In this document: positions 1-13,121 of the stretch, one piece after another
Layout: each line of letters opens with the position of its first letter
How positions within the stretch are numbered: position 1 is the stretch's first letter
NCBI GenBank assembly: GCA_029953675.1
Contig: JAMWBK010000001.1
Location: 1,736,001 to 1,800,000 of the forward strand
DNA from: Rhodosorus marinus CCMP1338
Lineage: Eukaryota > Plantae > Rhodophyta
Direction: 5' to 3'
DNA: 64,000 nucleotides
Translations under genes and position numbers: made by a program
The notes under the pieces: model-generated
What the model saw: only the letters and a program-made list of their open reading frames with translations
Databases searched by the model: none
Told to the model about the DNA's origin: nothing

Positions 1-1487
1 CAGATCGATCTGCCGGTTATGGATCCATACTTCTAAATGCTTATTGACAAAGCGCTTACATAGGAAGCCCGCTAGAAGTGCGTCAAAGGTCCCACAACCC
101 CCGAAGTAGGTTTTACAGTGCGTATCGAACGGTTTATTTATTGCGGACATAGAGAATTTTGCGCTACGCGCAATCGGAAACGCGCAAGCCATAAACTACT
201 TGTTAGCCCCTGCAGACGTAGACCCAACACAAAAGATTCTGCTCTGAAGAAGCCACCAACCTCGAGAGCAAATCTGCATACCGCAGTGTTCAAGACGACA
301 ACCTCGTACGAAAGCCACGAGGACGCATCGCAGCATCTACTTCACGCGGTGTCATCACTTCCACTGCAGAAGCTTGCAAAAGCCTCCTTCGGTACCCAGA
401 ATTATGAGCCTTCCTCCTGCATGCAACCGTTAGATCTTTATGTAAGAGTCAGGCGGCGAACTGGGTGGGCATGCTGATGCGTGCCAGCTGCAAAGGGAGT
501 CGTGGAAAGCAAGCTAGGAAGCTCCTATCACTGGCTCTCTTCCACCGGGCTTTGGAAGGAGATGTGATCCAATATGTGACGAGCTGGACCTGTGGCTTAC
601 ATAGGTCAGCTAGCACTCAAGAAATGGCCCATGTTAAATGTTCGTGATCAGATCCTGCGCTCGTTCTAGGCAATCAGAAAGAGTGGCACCCAAGCGAACG
701 CACATGAAAACCTGACCGTCAGCTCCTCGAAGATAGAGCAGTTTGACCAAGTACTGGTTCGATCCCGCTGCGAAAAGTGGATCTGGCCTTGGTTACGAGA
801 TGTTGCCACAGAACACGAAGACGGGGGTGGAGATGGACCTAATGAGGGATAACTCGAGACAAGTGAAAAATGTTCTATTCCAGGAGTTTCTCCCAGTTTC
901 CGTTTTTCGGAGCTAGATATAGACAAAACAAAAAAAAGGGCTAACGAGTGGGTCTCGCCAATTAAGGCGGCGACCCTGTCTGGAAGCGCTGAGTGGTGAG
1001 TGGTTGCTTTGCGACGAAGATATATTTGTGAACTTCTGCTTGTTGATCTGAGACAATCACACAGTCATTGAAACTCGGGGGGATGAACGACATCCCAGAA
1101 CTAGGCTAATGAGGTAAATAGCCCTCCTCGGGAAGAGGGAAGAGGACAACATGCACTCTTGATCTGGTGTGGTGTATACATAGTAGTCTGGCAGGTCAGC
1201 AAATGCCAAAAAGGCCGAACAGGTTTCATCCTACCCACTTGCAGGTGCCTTTCCCTCGCACAACCAATCAAACCTCGCAAGCGTTCCTTAAAAAATAAGA
1301 TCCAAGATCATCAGCCCATCAAACCAGCAAGATCCTTACACACAATCATCTTAAGACAGTAAAAACAGTCACACGGCATCTGTTGAGTAAGAAGACATCT
1401 CGTATCGCGCGGTCTTCCCCACCAAAATATACGCAACAAGTCAACGGAAAGAGGATTGCATTGAACAGCCAATGTCAACATCAAGAG

Positions 1488-1676
1488 CCCTATCAAAATT
1501 CATGGGTTCTCATGAACCCTATCAAAATCTCATCGATTCTGATATGAACCCTATCAATAATGTAAAGATCTTCAAAACTGCATTTGCTATGATGTACAAA
1601 TATTGAATAATTATGATTTAAATTAAAGAATTTTGCTATGATGTACAAAAACTGGATAATTATGATTTAAATTAAA
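1488..1676. repeat. Two adjacent minisatellite-like tandem repeats
   Basis: CCCTATCAA core occurs three times (about 1488, 1517, 1549). TTTGCTATGATGTACAAA...ATAATTATGATTTAAATTAAA occurs twice with a 49-bp period (1583-1627, 1632-1676). Confidence 0.85.
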
Positions 1677-2455
1677 CAATTTCGATGCATTTCGGTCCAG
1701 AATCCGATTTAAATATGGAATTTCTTCTTTTTTTTTGCATTGGAAAAGGCGGAAAGGACGGGCCGCACGCGGGTGTTGTGGGGGGGGGGGCCGTTTGGTG
1801 TGGCTGCGTTTTGAGGGGTAATGGTAACCAGCTTTTGGATGAGTAGTGGCAATCTATACTTGCAATAACCAAGTTCATAGTCCTGGAAGAGTTCCAAGGC
1901 TAGCGTTCTGTTGAAGCAATACAAACCAGCCTAGTGCGACTAGATCGAACCTTTTCAACCCTCCGGTTGCGTCCTTCGTGGGAGACCGCGCTTTGCTTGC
2001 TCGCGAGAAGTAGGAGGAGGTTTGTTCAGCAGGCAGTTCCAGTTTAGCTTCAACAGCTGTGATACTGAGTTAGAATATATGTACAGAGTTTCGAAGCTAA
2101 ATTCTAATAGATCACGACGCTCGTTCACAGCTTCCGACATTGAGAAACACTCCCGGATTTCATTGTGCATTGCTTGAGATCGGCTAAATACAGAAGAAAA
2201 ATTTTGTTTTGCATTTGAATTTGATTTCTTTCGGTTACACGTTTAGTGAATGACTGGTGATACATAAAGAGGCGTTTGAGATTTGGTATGATTGGGGACG
2301 GTGCTGACGGTGGTGGATGTGTCGAGGGTTTGTCAAGGTTTCTACTGGAGGTAAGATCTACACAGTGGAGGACGGGGTTTTGTTTACTGAAATCTGGAAT
2401 TGAGGGTTTGGCGTCTGTCAGCTTGGAGAGGGTAGGTGTAGAATTATTAGACACG

Positions 2456-3813
2456 ATGGGGGATCATACACTGGGATTTTTCACCGGGCTTCAGGTCGGG
2501 AGCCTCTGGCATCATAATCATGCACATGACTTGCTGGACAAGCCTCGTCGAGCTAGGTTTACGGCTGGTTTGAAATCTGTTTCCGCTGAGAAATCCGAAA
2601 ATCCTCGTCTGGAGGTAATTACGTCGAGTCCAGTTTTCAAGAAGGCTGGATTGGAGGCTGATATGGACCAGGAGAGCTGGGCCGATTGGTTCAAGTGTGC
2701 GAAGCTCCTGAACAAAGAGCTTGGAAGGGATGCAACCGTAGATCGCGTTCATAAGCTGTATTTGCCCGTGTTCTTCTGGTTGAAGAAGCAGATTCGAGCA
2801 GCGAAATCGACAAAAGACGGCACCGTGATCGTTGGGCTGTCCTGTCCACAGGGTAAGGACAAATTACACTTGCACCTTTACCAAATTCTCAGGTGATTCC
2901 CTCTCAGCATAGTAGCTTCTCTTGCATGTAGGCGGAGGAAAGACCACGATAACCAATTTTCTGGTTAAGATGTTCGCCGCAGAGGGTATTACGTGTGCGA
3001 TTGCGTCTACTGATGACTTTTACCACACCTACGAAAAGCAACGAGAGCTTGCGGAAACGCACGCGTCGAATCCGCTGCTCGAATTCCGTGGGAACCCCGG
3101 TACTATGGACGTTGACTTGATGTGCAACACGGTCAGCGCACTCGCCCATTGCGGACCAGGCGACGAAGTCAATATTCCACGCTACAATAAATCCGCGTAC
3201 AAAGGACGAGGTGATCGTGTACCAGAAGAGGACTGGCCGATGGTCAAAGGACCCGTAGACCTCGTAATTCTGGAAGGATGGTGAGTCAATGTCACAGCAA
3301 CCCGCCTATCCTGCGTTCGCTCTCTGCTTCTTCTTCGTCGTTCTCAAGTCGGTCGTCGCCCAAACGTTTGCTTGCAGGTGCATGGGTTTCCAACCGGTCG
3401 AGAATCCCAGCACTAGTGATATTGCGGAGGTCAACGAGTTTCTGAAGGATTTTGCAAAAGTGTATGACCTGCTGGATCTGATGCTGGTGGTTGAGATCGC
3501 CGATCCGGAATAGTAAGTACCTTGAGAAGTTTCCTCAGCGCGATGTCGTCGTTGCCGCCCGTAGCTCGCTAGTCGTCTGACCGTCTCCACTTCTTTTTCT
3601 TTGACCAGCGTTTACGATTGGAGAAAGCAGGCAGAAGATACGATGAAAGCGAAAGGGAAATCTGGCATGACGAGTGCACAGCTGAAGGACTTTGTTGATC
3701 GTTTCATGCCCGCCTACGAAGAGTACCTTCCCGGGCTGTATGGTGACGGCGTTTCGACGGAACTGCCTCAACTGAACATCAAGATTGACTCTAACAGAAT
3801 CCCAATTGACTGA
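2456..3813 (+). CDS. GLYK: D-glycerate 3-kinase (plant/yeast type), 4 exons, probable plastid presequence
   Basis: Splicing 2853-2931 rebuilds the P-loop CPQGGGKTT. FRGNPGTMD, PRYNKSAYKGRGDR, ILEGW|CMGF and YVYDWR..E follow. Introns 3281-3377 and 3513-3608 are GT-AG and keep frame. Start at 2456 is preferred; 2288 is also in frame. Confidence 0.92.
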
Positions 3814-4618
3814 AGACAAACGGCAGTGGACGAAATACCGACCAAGAACAAAACTTTGGAAGCATGTCAAGCAAGCACTCAGCAGCATCGTGTTAGGTAC
3901 ATGGTGCGAGTCCATTATTTTTAACCAACCTTTATAATAAAAACTTCGTATTCAGAATGAGAGAGCGCTGAGAAGACTTTATGCACAAGTGCAAGCCAGT
4001 CCACAGCCAGGAACAAACCAAGCAACCCAGGCTGCCTCTGGCCATCAGTAACAGCGCAGAGCTTGCCCTCTGTCACGTTTGGCAGGTCGTGAAGTTCGCG
4101 GTCCACGGGAAAGATTTTGAAGAGGAGAATGGACTCCGGCTAAACCTGCTGGCTTTCGCAACCATTATAAATAACCCAGCGTAAAGGTCCTATGGGGCGG
4201 CTACCAGGAACGTTACGAAGTTTCAGTCACCTTCAATCACCTGAACTCGTTCCTAACTAAGACGGCTTGTGAAGCTGAGTGACCGACGCATCGGTCGTGG
4301 TGAAGTGGAAACTTCGCGTCCAAGGATGTGAATAGATCAGGATTTGTGAAAAGCGCGTATTAATTCTGTCTTCGTACCGATCGATGGGGTGGTTTAGTTG
4401 GGTAAACGCCTGAACACTAGAATTCCACTACAGAGTCGGCGCCTTTCAAGTATTGGTGCGTAAGCTGATCGCCTTGTTCGTTACGACGACACGGAGGCTA
4501 GCGTTCAGGGCTCTTGAACTGTGAGAGCTGTTGGTGGCTTTTTAAGTGGGTGGTGTTCGTGTGTGTCGATGATTCTTAACCGGCGGGAGGAATTTTGGAG
4601 TTTGGAAAGATTTGAAGA

Positions 4619-6189
4619 ATGAGTATTGTGCTGCGCGGAGGTAGTGAGACGGATGTAGCACTGGCCGCGTCGGCGCTGAGGCGGGGGGAGGTGGTGGCAT
4701 TTCCGACGGAGACAGTGTATGGCCTTGGGGCTGATGCAACTAACAACGATGCCGTGGCGATGGTGTTTAAGGCAAAGGGAAGACCGGCTGATAATCCGCT
4801 AATAGTGCACATGGCCAGTCGTGAGGCTCTTGACGAGGCAGGGTTTGCAGCTATGTCTGCACCTGCGCTTTTACTTGCGGAGAAGTTTTGGCCGGGGCCT
4901 CTGACTCTAGTCCTAGCCTTGTCGACGGAACATCCAACGTCGGAAATTTCTTCGCTAGTCACTGCTGGTTTGGATACTGTGGCCGTACGGGTTCCAAAGC
5001 ATCCAGTCGCGAGCGCTCTGCTCGCTGCCACCGGTCTTCCCATCGCGGCTCCGTCCGCCAACTCCTCAGGCAAGCCCTCACCAACCCTGTCATCGCATGT
5101 CATTACAGATCTTGGCGGCAAGATCCATTCCGTCGTTGACGGCGGACAAGTCATTCTCGGTATCGAGTCAACTGTCCTCGATACAACAACAAATCCTCCC
5201 ACAATTCTTCGCCCGGGATCCGTCACACAGTACGTGAAACTCATGCGCCACAGTGGCCTAGACTCGCTTACTCCGACTTCAGCGCTCACAGTGTTAGACT
5301 CCCGACAGGCACGAAATCGAAGCATGCATAGGCCATAACGTGCGCGTTGCCAACAGCAACGGCAAGACCGACGATCTTGCGGCACCGAAGGCGCCGGGAA
5401 TGAAGTACAGGTAAGGCACGTGCCATTCAGACAGGCTTCGCGTTGCCCACAACTGAATCTGAACCCTTTGTCTTTGTCAAAAACTCGACAACTTACGGTA
5501 GGCATTATGCACCGGCATCGCCAGTGAAGATTGTCTACGGTGGGCACCGGGAGTTTCTGAAAGAGCTCTCGGCGGCATCGGTAAACGGCGTTTCGCAGGT
5601 ACGTCACCAAGATGGGCAAACACTTTCAGTGAAACTTAATGGCCGCACCGTTATCCGCTAGTCGGACATGGCGATTGCCTCAGTCTGCTTATTGAGCACA
5701 GGCGATCGACCCACTGCATGGTTGACAACGTGGCGAAGGCGTTGCTTGGTTGATCTGTAACTTTAACCAGTCCGTTATGGCCTGGATATTCGTTCGCAAT
5801 TTTACTGGATTCGCCTTCTGGACTTTACGTCAAACTCGTGCATAACTCCGTCAGCTACCATATGCTCTGTCCTCCCCCCACCCCTTTCGTGATCTGACGC
5901 AAGCTTGAATCTTCTACGTTAGGCTGCGGTGGGTGTATTTGCGTGGAACGACACCTGTGCGAGCCTGGAGTCGAGTGAGTATGGGCCAAGAGTGACGACA
6001 ACCTCGGCTGGAGAGTATGGTCAAGTTGATGTCCTCGCACAGAGGCTGTACAGTGCATTGCGATGGCTTGATGAGGTGAAGAAGGTCGGTCTGATCCTGG
6101 CTCAGGGGGTGAACGATGAGGACGGAGCAGGGCTTGGGTTCGCGGTGATGAACCGACTACGAAAGGCGGCGTTGGACCACGACAGATGA
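4619..6189 (+). CDS. SUA5: Threonylcarbamoyl-AMP synthase, Sua5 type (YrdC + SUA5 domains), multi-exon
   Basis: VAFPTETVYGLGADA, KGRPADNPLIVH, APSANSSGKPSPT and GIESTV. After splicing 5230-5308 and 5411-5501 the linker PKAPGMKYRHYAP appears. C-terminal AVMNRLRKAA. Confidence 0.95.
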
Positions 6190-7429
6190 CTACGTAAACC
6201 AGAACGAGACACTGCAGCTAATGTCCAAGCTAACCACGAAGTGCCACCACTTCGGTGGCAGGTAGAGCATTTCTCCAGCGTACAGAACCAGTTTGAACCC
6301 TCTCGCTTGCCGGTAGAGAGGAAATCTGGATTCGTCAGGACGAAGCACGTCCACCTGGCTTGTGTTTCCAAACATCGTGTCCTCCGCGAATGGATACAGG
6401 TTTAGGAATTCCTCCGGTGGAAAGACAACTACGAGCTTGGCTCCAAACACCTATGAAGGGATTAGAGCTTTGGAGTCGGATTTCACGCTATGAATAGAGA
6501 GCTGACGAGACTCGCTAGCGACCTACCTGACATAGTAGGTTGTGATATGGATCATGGTGAAGAGGAGTTTGAGTCCCGGATGGTCCCAGCCACATGTTGA
6601 CAACTGCTTCTGATGAAGAATCCCCTAGGCTTGCAAACTCTGGTTCGATGATATCACTGAGAAGGGAAGGAACTTGTTCAAAGAGCTGGTGCTGTGCTAG
6701 GTATCCCCTGGATTCGCCACGGAGATGTTGCTCCACAAAGTCGCTCATGGGAATCAGCTGAGTTTCGAAGCTAGGATCTGTGTACTTAGAGCCAAGCTCC
6801 ACTGGTACCCATCGATGGCCATACTCAGCTTCCCAAAAGCTAAAGTCGTTCCATTTTCTAAACGCTGGCCATTGCCTAACAACCCCCGAGATGATTTGCG
6901 GACCTTTCCAGAATATACGTGAAACGAACTGCGCAATCGAGGGACGCTCTATTGAAGGTATCCTTTCCACGAGATTTTGAGTTTCCATCTTATGGCCCGC
7001 GATTTCCCGAATTCTCTCATGCCCTAGCAATGCCATCGGCTCGGGATGAACTCGCAAAGCTCCAGAAAGTGTCGCTAACTCGTCAGCAAATGATGAACAT
7101 AAGGACTTGAATGAGGGATGGCCGAGAATCAGCGCTTCATCAAGAAGTCGAACGGAATCAGTCACCGAGGTGCTCTCCCTCAGCGCCAGTTCGACGCTGA
7201 TCGCGCTCAACTTTAACCTCAACCTTGTTTCACATTCATTCCTCTGCCCTTTCTCGTGCAATTGGTTCCATACCTCCCTCCTTGAACTCCAAAGCACCTG
7301 AAGCGGCTTCTTCACCTGAATATCCTCATTCTCTATAAGAACCTCCAGGCGTCGTGCATGCTCCGCGGCGTTCCTTAGGACTTTCACCCCGGAAGCCATT
7401 CCACACGTTTTTAAAGGGGCCTTCACCAT
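6190..7429 (-). CDS. JMJD5: JmjC-domain 2-oxoglutarate oxygenase, JMJD5/KDM8-like, 2 exons
   Basis: VPVELGSKY, YLAQHQLFEQVP.L..DI, WLGPSGTQTPLHHDPYHNLLCQV (HxD) and LYLPPKWWHFV (distal His). Intron 6451-6526 is GT-AG. Confidence 0.88.
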
Positions 7430-7715
7430 CCCTCAATCAACCAGTTTCTTGAGTTAGAGCTGGACATCACGTTCTCCATAGTAGTTCTTCCAACGAAAGC
7501 CACCAAGCACAGCTCAGTTCTCGAACTTCGCATCGCCATGATTGCTTTCCCGCAAAAGCAAGCAACTTCTCTAAGTAACGAAATCCAACGGAACAGGTTC
7601 TTCCCTTCATCCTAAGATAGCCGATATCTTCTAGTCGCAGAACGAGAACCTGATCAACGTTCATACGGAAGAAGAAGTGCTCTCAGCATGTCCTCCTACC
7701 TGCCAAGAATCGGTC

Positions 7716-10700
7716 TCATTGTTCAAACTTTGGAGAAGCGGATGTGACGGTTTCCTTCCAATACTCAGATATCAGAATGTGAATGGACTTAAATACACGG
7801 TGATCGCACACAGCTTCAGCTCTTTTGCAATCACGTTTGGTCTCCCCCAAGAACCGAACCACTTCCGATGCGAGCGCAGAACAGATGCAGTTCCAAGGAA
7901 AGTTGGCCAGTCGTGCGATGAGCAGACCACGCTAGTAGGTGCGATTGTGAGAACGGCGGAATGGCATCACCACTAGCCAAACTTTCTGAATCAAAAAACA
8001 CCTCATCTGTACAAGCTTTTAATAGAGAACCTAATTTCCTAGGGATTAGCGAAGCAGCAGCCTCACCACCTAAAGCAGCCACACTTTCCTGAGCTGCAGG
8101 TACCAATGATGCGATTCAGCGACTTGTCTCTGAAGAGTAAAGCTCTGTCTTCTTGCACATTCCTACGAGGATGCTTTTAGCTAGAGGCCCTTCTTCCTTC
8201 ACGAGTGCCAGTGCTAGATTCCTTGCCCTTCCCAGCTCTGCAGCAAAAATTGCCGAGGCTAGTGGAGGAGTATCGATGTCCTCTGCGTGTGATTGCAGGA
8301 GATCAAGCCATTGCACTCGAGCTCCACCCACAAATGCCGCTACATCGTCACTGAATGATTTGGTTGACTTGAAGAATACGTTGGTAACGTTCTGAACGAC
8401 ATGAGACAAGCTCATGCCTCCATGCAAACTCAACCTTGAGATCCTCGATGGGTCGAGCAAGCCGTTGAGGGGATCTGACCTCGCAGCCTTTGCCAATTTC
8501 GAAGAGTCAACCGGTTTGAGAGCCAAACAAGCTCGAACTGGACTGTCGCAGTCCTCCCCATCCATCTTAACGAAGAACTCTTGATACTTGGAAAAACTTT
8601 TCACGCCAAACAGCCCGTCAAAAGGGTCAATAATCCTATTAAATCATATTTTCAGAGCCGCACAGTCAGCACCCGTAAGGCATGCGTGGAACGCCTATAA
8701 AGCTGGAAACTTGTATGGGAATAACTACCTGAGAATGAAATCCAAAGCCCGCAACTGTTTATCCTCTGGGATCGGTTTAATTGGAATTGAATCCGTATTG
8801 GCTCGTTCCCTTGTCGTCTCCACTCCACCTACGAACTTTGCAGCCAACGACAAGGACAGCTGCAGCCTGTGAACGATTTCACGAAACACTATTGTGAAAT
8901 CCGACCACGGAAGGTCTTGCGATGCAGCCTCTTCGCTCAGGAGGCCCAACCTTTTCGTCACTAGCTTTTCCATGTTCTCATGATAGTCCATTGGATTTGC
9001 GCCCGCGTCGTAAGTCGAAACGTAGGGGTCTCCTCTGTTGTCAAAGGGAAAAAACGACCTCCACTCGTCAATGAGGACATCTCACGGAGCTCAAGACGCG
9101 TGCTTTCAATTACCCTTTTAAACCTGGCTCATCTTCGTCAGTAGCGAAGTGTAATCCACGATCAACCGCGAGACGCGCAATCTCGTCTAGTGTGCCCTCG
9201 TCAGCATCCATATAGCCGTACTTAATCGCCTCAACATCGTAGTCTCCAACGCAGGGGCTAAAAAAGCTGTAGAAGTCAAGAAGTAAGATTGCATTCCCTT
9301 GCATCCCATTGCTTAACAGCTGGCAAGCTCATTCGTTTTGCATGTGCTCACTAGTTCTGTTCCTTTTCATCAGCCATTATGATCATCGGCAGGTAGTCCA
9401 TGATAGACGATGAGATACCATGCTCGGAAACAAACGTCTTGTTCTTCAGGTCGTTCCAGTTGTAGTTGGCGCTCCCGCGAAAGTTATGGCGCAAGCCAAG
9501 CGTATGACCAACCTAAACAGCGTGTAACTCCAAGACCGTCAGTGCGCAAATCAGCCATGCGCGGCGTGCGAGAATTTCTTGCCCGTTTACCTCATGCATG
9601 GTCACATCCGTTACCCCATCCAGCACGAGGTCCTCAACGGACTCATATGATTGCCTTGCAAAGGCTGCTGCCATTAAGCTGATCCGATTCATGTGCTCTT
9701 CTGCAATCACGCGCTGAAAGGAAAGTCTCGAGTTCAACCTCGGACGTATGCGAAATCCTGTTGAGGCGCGTGAGTAACGTTCTGTCAAAGACCAGTGACT
9801 CGTTCTTCACCCCCCTCGGCTTTGCTGTTACAGGAGGCAGGCGCTTACCCGGTACTTTTCCATTTCGAAGCAACCAGTATCTTTGGGTCCAGGTATTCAG
9901 CCAGCCGTGGGTGAACACAATATTGGCTCGGAGAATTTCACCCGTGCGTGGATCGACATCAGCGGGTGCGATCGCAAATGTTTCATCCAAGTCAGCTGAC
10001 CACGAAATGGAGCTGAACCGGGCATCTCCAGCATCAAAGTCGTCTGGAAAATCTGGATCACTCTGTTGGTTTAACACCCGTCAACTTCAGACTACGTGAA
10101 AAAATCCAATTTGGCCGCAGGCCAGCGATTACTGACTTACGGGGACCACAGCTTTGATTGCATCCTTGAACCCAGCAGCTTCGAATGCCTTCTGCCAGTT
10201 TTCAACTCCCTTTTTCATGGCCGCGCGAAGATTCTCGGGAACGGACTCATCAATATAGTAGATGATCTGCCCTTTTACATCCGTTATCTTTCCACCAGCC
10301 TCGCGTTTCCTTTCCAACCTCCTCCTGGATTAATATCAAGACGTGACCCTGATTAGTTCGAACTTCTCGTCTCTAATTCAAAGCGCAGTTTGGAAATAGA
10401 CAAGATCGGAGGATTGCGTCAGAACAAGTTCTGATGAATACCTGGTGACCATTTCCTTCTTCCCAGTGCCAGGATCCCGCCCATCCAAACTAACATACGG
10501 TATAGTGAAGAAACCCAGTCGCTCGTCAGCATATCTTGCCTCCATAGGTTTATCAGGTAACATCATTATCGTAAACTGTATGTCCACCGGAACGAGGACC
10601 TCCACGTCAGGAGCTTTGTCGTCGGTTGCAGGTAGCTGGGACTTCACCTCGACGTTTAAGTTCATCGGGAAAACAGATACGCCTGAGATCCTCGATTCAG

Positions 10701-11641
10701 TAAGTTCCGAGTCCTATCGAAGAAGTACGAGAGACTTCAGATATTCGCAAGCAGATTCACCCCACCCGCAATCCGGAAAATGTGTATCCAAGTGACTTAA
10801 GTACCAGTTCGCCGAAAAGCCCGAACAACTCAGCTACCCAAGGGGCTATATCGATGACATACCCGCCAGTCTGTGCACTCTTAAAGTATTGAAACGAGCT
10901 CTCAAAGCCTTCGTAGACCCCGAGATCGTAGGCATCTTTCAAGCCAGAATCGTCGTCAATTCGAACAGAATATTGAGGCCGATAAACGTCCATTCTGCGA
11001 GGGCACGTGGGAGTATTGGTAAGTCAACTATTAGCGCAAGAGCCCAAAGCTACTCTGAGTTATTCGCCTACGTAAATCCCAGTCCGTCCGACAATTTAAA
11101 AGCGAAGACATTGGATTCATCTGCGCTGGCTGACATGTGGGCAACAACCACTTCAGAATCTCCCTTCGAGAAGATGGCGCCAATTATGAACGGCTTTCCC
11201 AGCGATTCCTCCGGAATGTCTAACATCACGGTTGGTTGAAGGAAATCTGAATAGAAGACGGGGAAAACGCTCTCCTCCTGGAAACCAGAAAACCCACAGA
11301 AAAGGTCTTTCACATTAGAGCGGCGAAGGTGGGCCTCAGACGCTGGTTGCGGGCGGGCTGTTCTGACGGCGTACAAACTCTAGCAGACTGGTGTCAATTG
11401 TGGGCGGCTCCAGGGAGTTTTTAGCATGCGTAATGGGCGCTGAGGTTGGTCTCCCCGGTAGCAAGAGCACAAGACATCCAGCAATGATTCCAGCCACAAG
11501 TGCGGAGAAAAATGACCACTTTCGTGACCCGAGCATGGCAGTTAGCCGCTGGCGCACGGAGCCTCGAAACAGTGGGTCTTCCAACTCCGACTCGCTACTA
11601 TCAGAATCCTCAGCGGTCAGCGCCGTCCGAACGTTCATCAT
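7716..11641 (-). CDS. Type II membrane-anchored zinc metalloprotease (metzincin; bacterial DUF5117/DUF4953 'Met-zincin' family), many exons
   Basis: An intron splits HE|VGHTLGLRHNFRG (HExxHxxGxxH). Other motifs: GVENWQKAFEAAGF, DPRTGEILRANI, GLHFATDED. N-terminal hydrophobic segment FFSALVAGIIAGCLVLLLP. The 3' end is uncertain: stop at 7716, or one more exon ending at 7467. Confidence 0.8.
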
Positions 11642-12600
11642 GGTCCAATGTCTAGGGATCAGGTATCCCTTCAGTTTCAAAGCACGCTCATGGCGCCTTC
11701 ATCGATCCCCACAACCATCGGATCTCATCGCTCCAATTCGACCTGCATATCCTCGCTAAACAGAGCTCATCAGGATCCAAAACCCACGAAAAATGCCTTT
11801 GCGTGTAATCCTTAACAAGAGATTGCGTTCAGAAAGCTCTTTCCAAAAACCAGGAGCTCTTTGCTCTTTAAATCCAGTTCTAATACGTAACCCTCGCTAC
11901 GATCGCACAAGCACGCCTCCATCCAGCACGTACCCTAAAGCATCCATCCACCACAGAGAGCACAATCAATACTTCACCGCCATTCCCCTATTTATCTTTT
12001 TTCATGTTCTTTTCAACCAACCATTGAATCTAACATATATCAAAATTCAAAGTATTCAAAAATAATTGTAAAATATCTCAACAAGACATTTATTCATTGG
12101 ACTGATCAATACTTCTTATCCAATATATTTCATTCAAATAGTATCTAACCAATGACATACTACATACGAACTAAAATTCCTATTTTACAATAATTACAGG
12201 CTATCATAACCAATGAAATCTGCTCTCGTGTCCCACTGGCATATCTAATAAATGACATATTTCTATGAATATAACAAAATACATGAAATCTTCTAATTGT
12301 ATATACGATAATATACCTCATTTTAGAGTATATATATTGTATATACTTCATAATATCGTCTTTTAACAGAATTATGTTGATTGACTTTCGAATTATGGTA
12401 TATTTTATAAGTTTTATTCTAGATGACATTTATGATCAAATTTCCAAGGGCGGGTTTTTAAAGCGAAGGCTGAATGAGTACTCTATTTCTTTTATTTTTA
12501 CTTTTTGATGGTCGTTTTGGGGGAATGGGCGTTTTTGGATATCAAAAGGCAAAATGTTTCGTTTTCTTGAGAAAGATTGAGGGAGTTGATGAGGATGGGG

Positions 12601-12617
12601 AGAGGGAGAGGGAGAGG

Positions 12618-12705
<88 letters not shown>
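12601..12705. repeat. (GA)n microsatellite, about 100 bp
   Basis: Read directly; it produces the spurious ERERER/SLSLSL ORFs. Confidence 0.98.
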
Positions 12706-12711
<6 letters not shown>

Positions 12712-13121
12712 GGTGCGCGCGTGCGCACATGGATTTTGGGATTTCTACGAGTTGATATGTCTCGGAAGAAAGGCAAAGGCGGGTTTTGGGGAATAGATTC
12801 TTTTGGTTTTGGGTGATTGGGAGGGAAGTAGTTAAGTTATGATATGATTCATGTGATATGTTTTGCAGAGGTTTCTTTTGAAAAGATTGATTGGGCTGGT
12901 TTAAATCTGGAGTGCAGCATCGTCTGAAGGAACTGGGATCGACGGGTTTAGGGTTTTGGTAGACGCCGGGATTGATGTGATCGATCGGTGACTACGTTCT
13001 GGGGAACTTGTGGTTGTACGCTAGTGAGATATGGCACTATGGACTTGAGCCTAATGGCAGAGACGTATTGGTGACTCAAGCACTGTTTTGTTCTCCGCTC
13101 GCACCTCCAACCCCGGCCAAC

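Noticed and set aside
1-1160. Short ORFs at the window start
   Set aside because: No recognisable motifs or coherent exon chain; left unresolved.
4576-5619. 347-aa minus-strand ORF
   Set aside because: Antisense shadow of SUA5 with no motifs.
12474-12816. ORFs with ERERER/SLSLSL runs
   Set aside because: These are translations of the (GA)n microsatellite.
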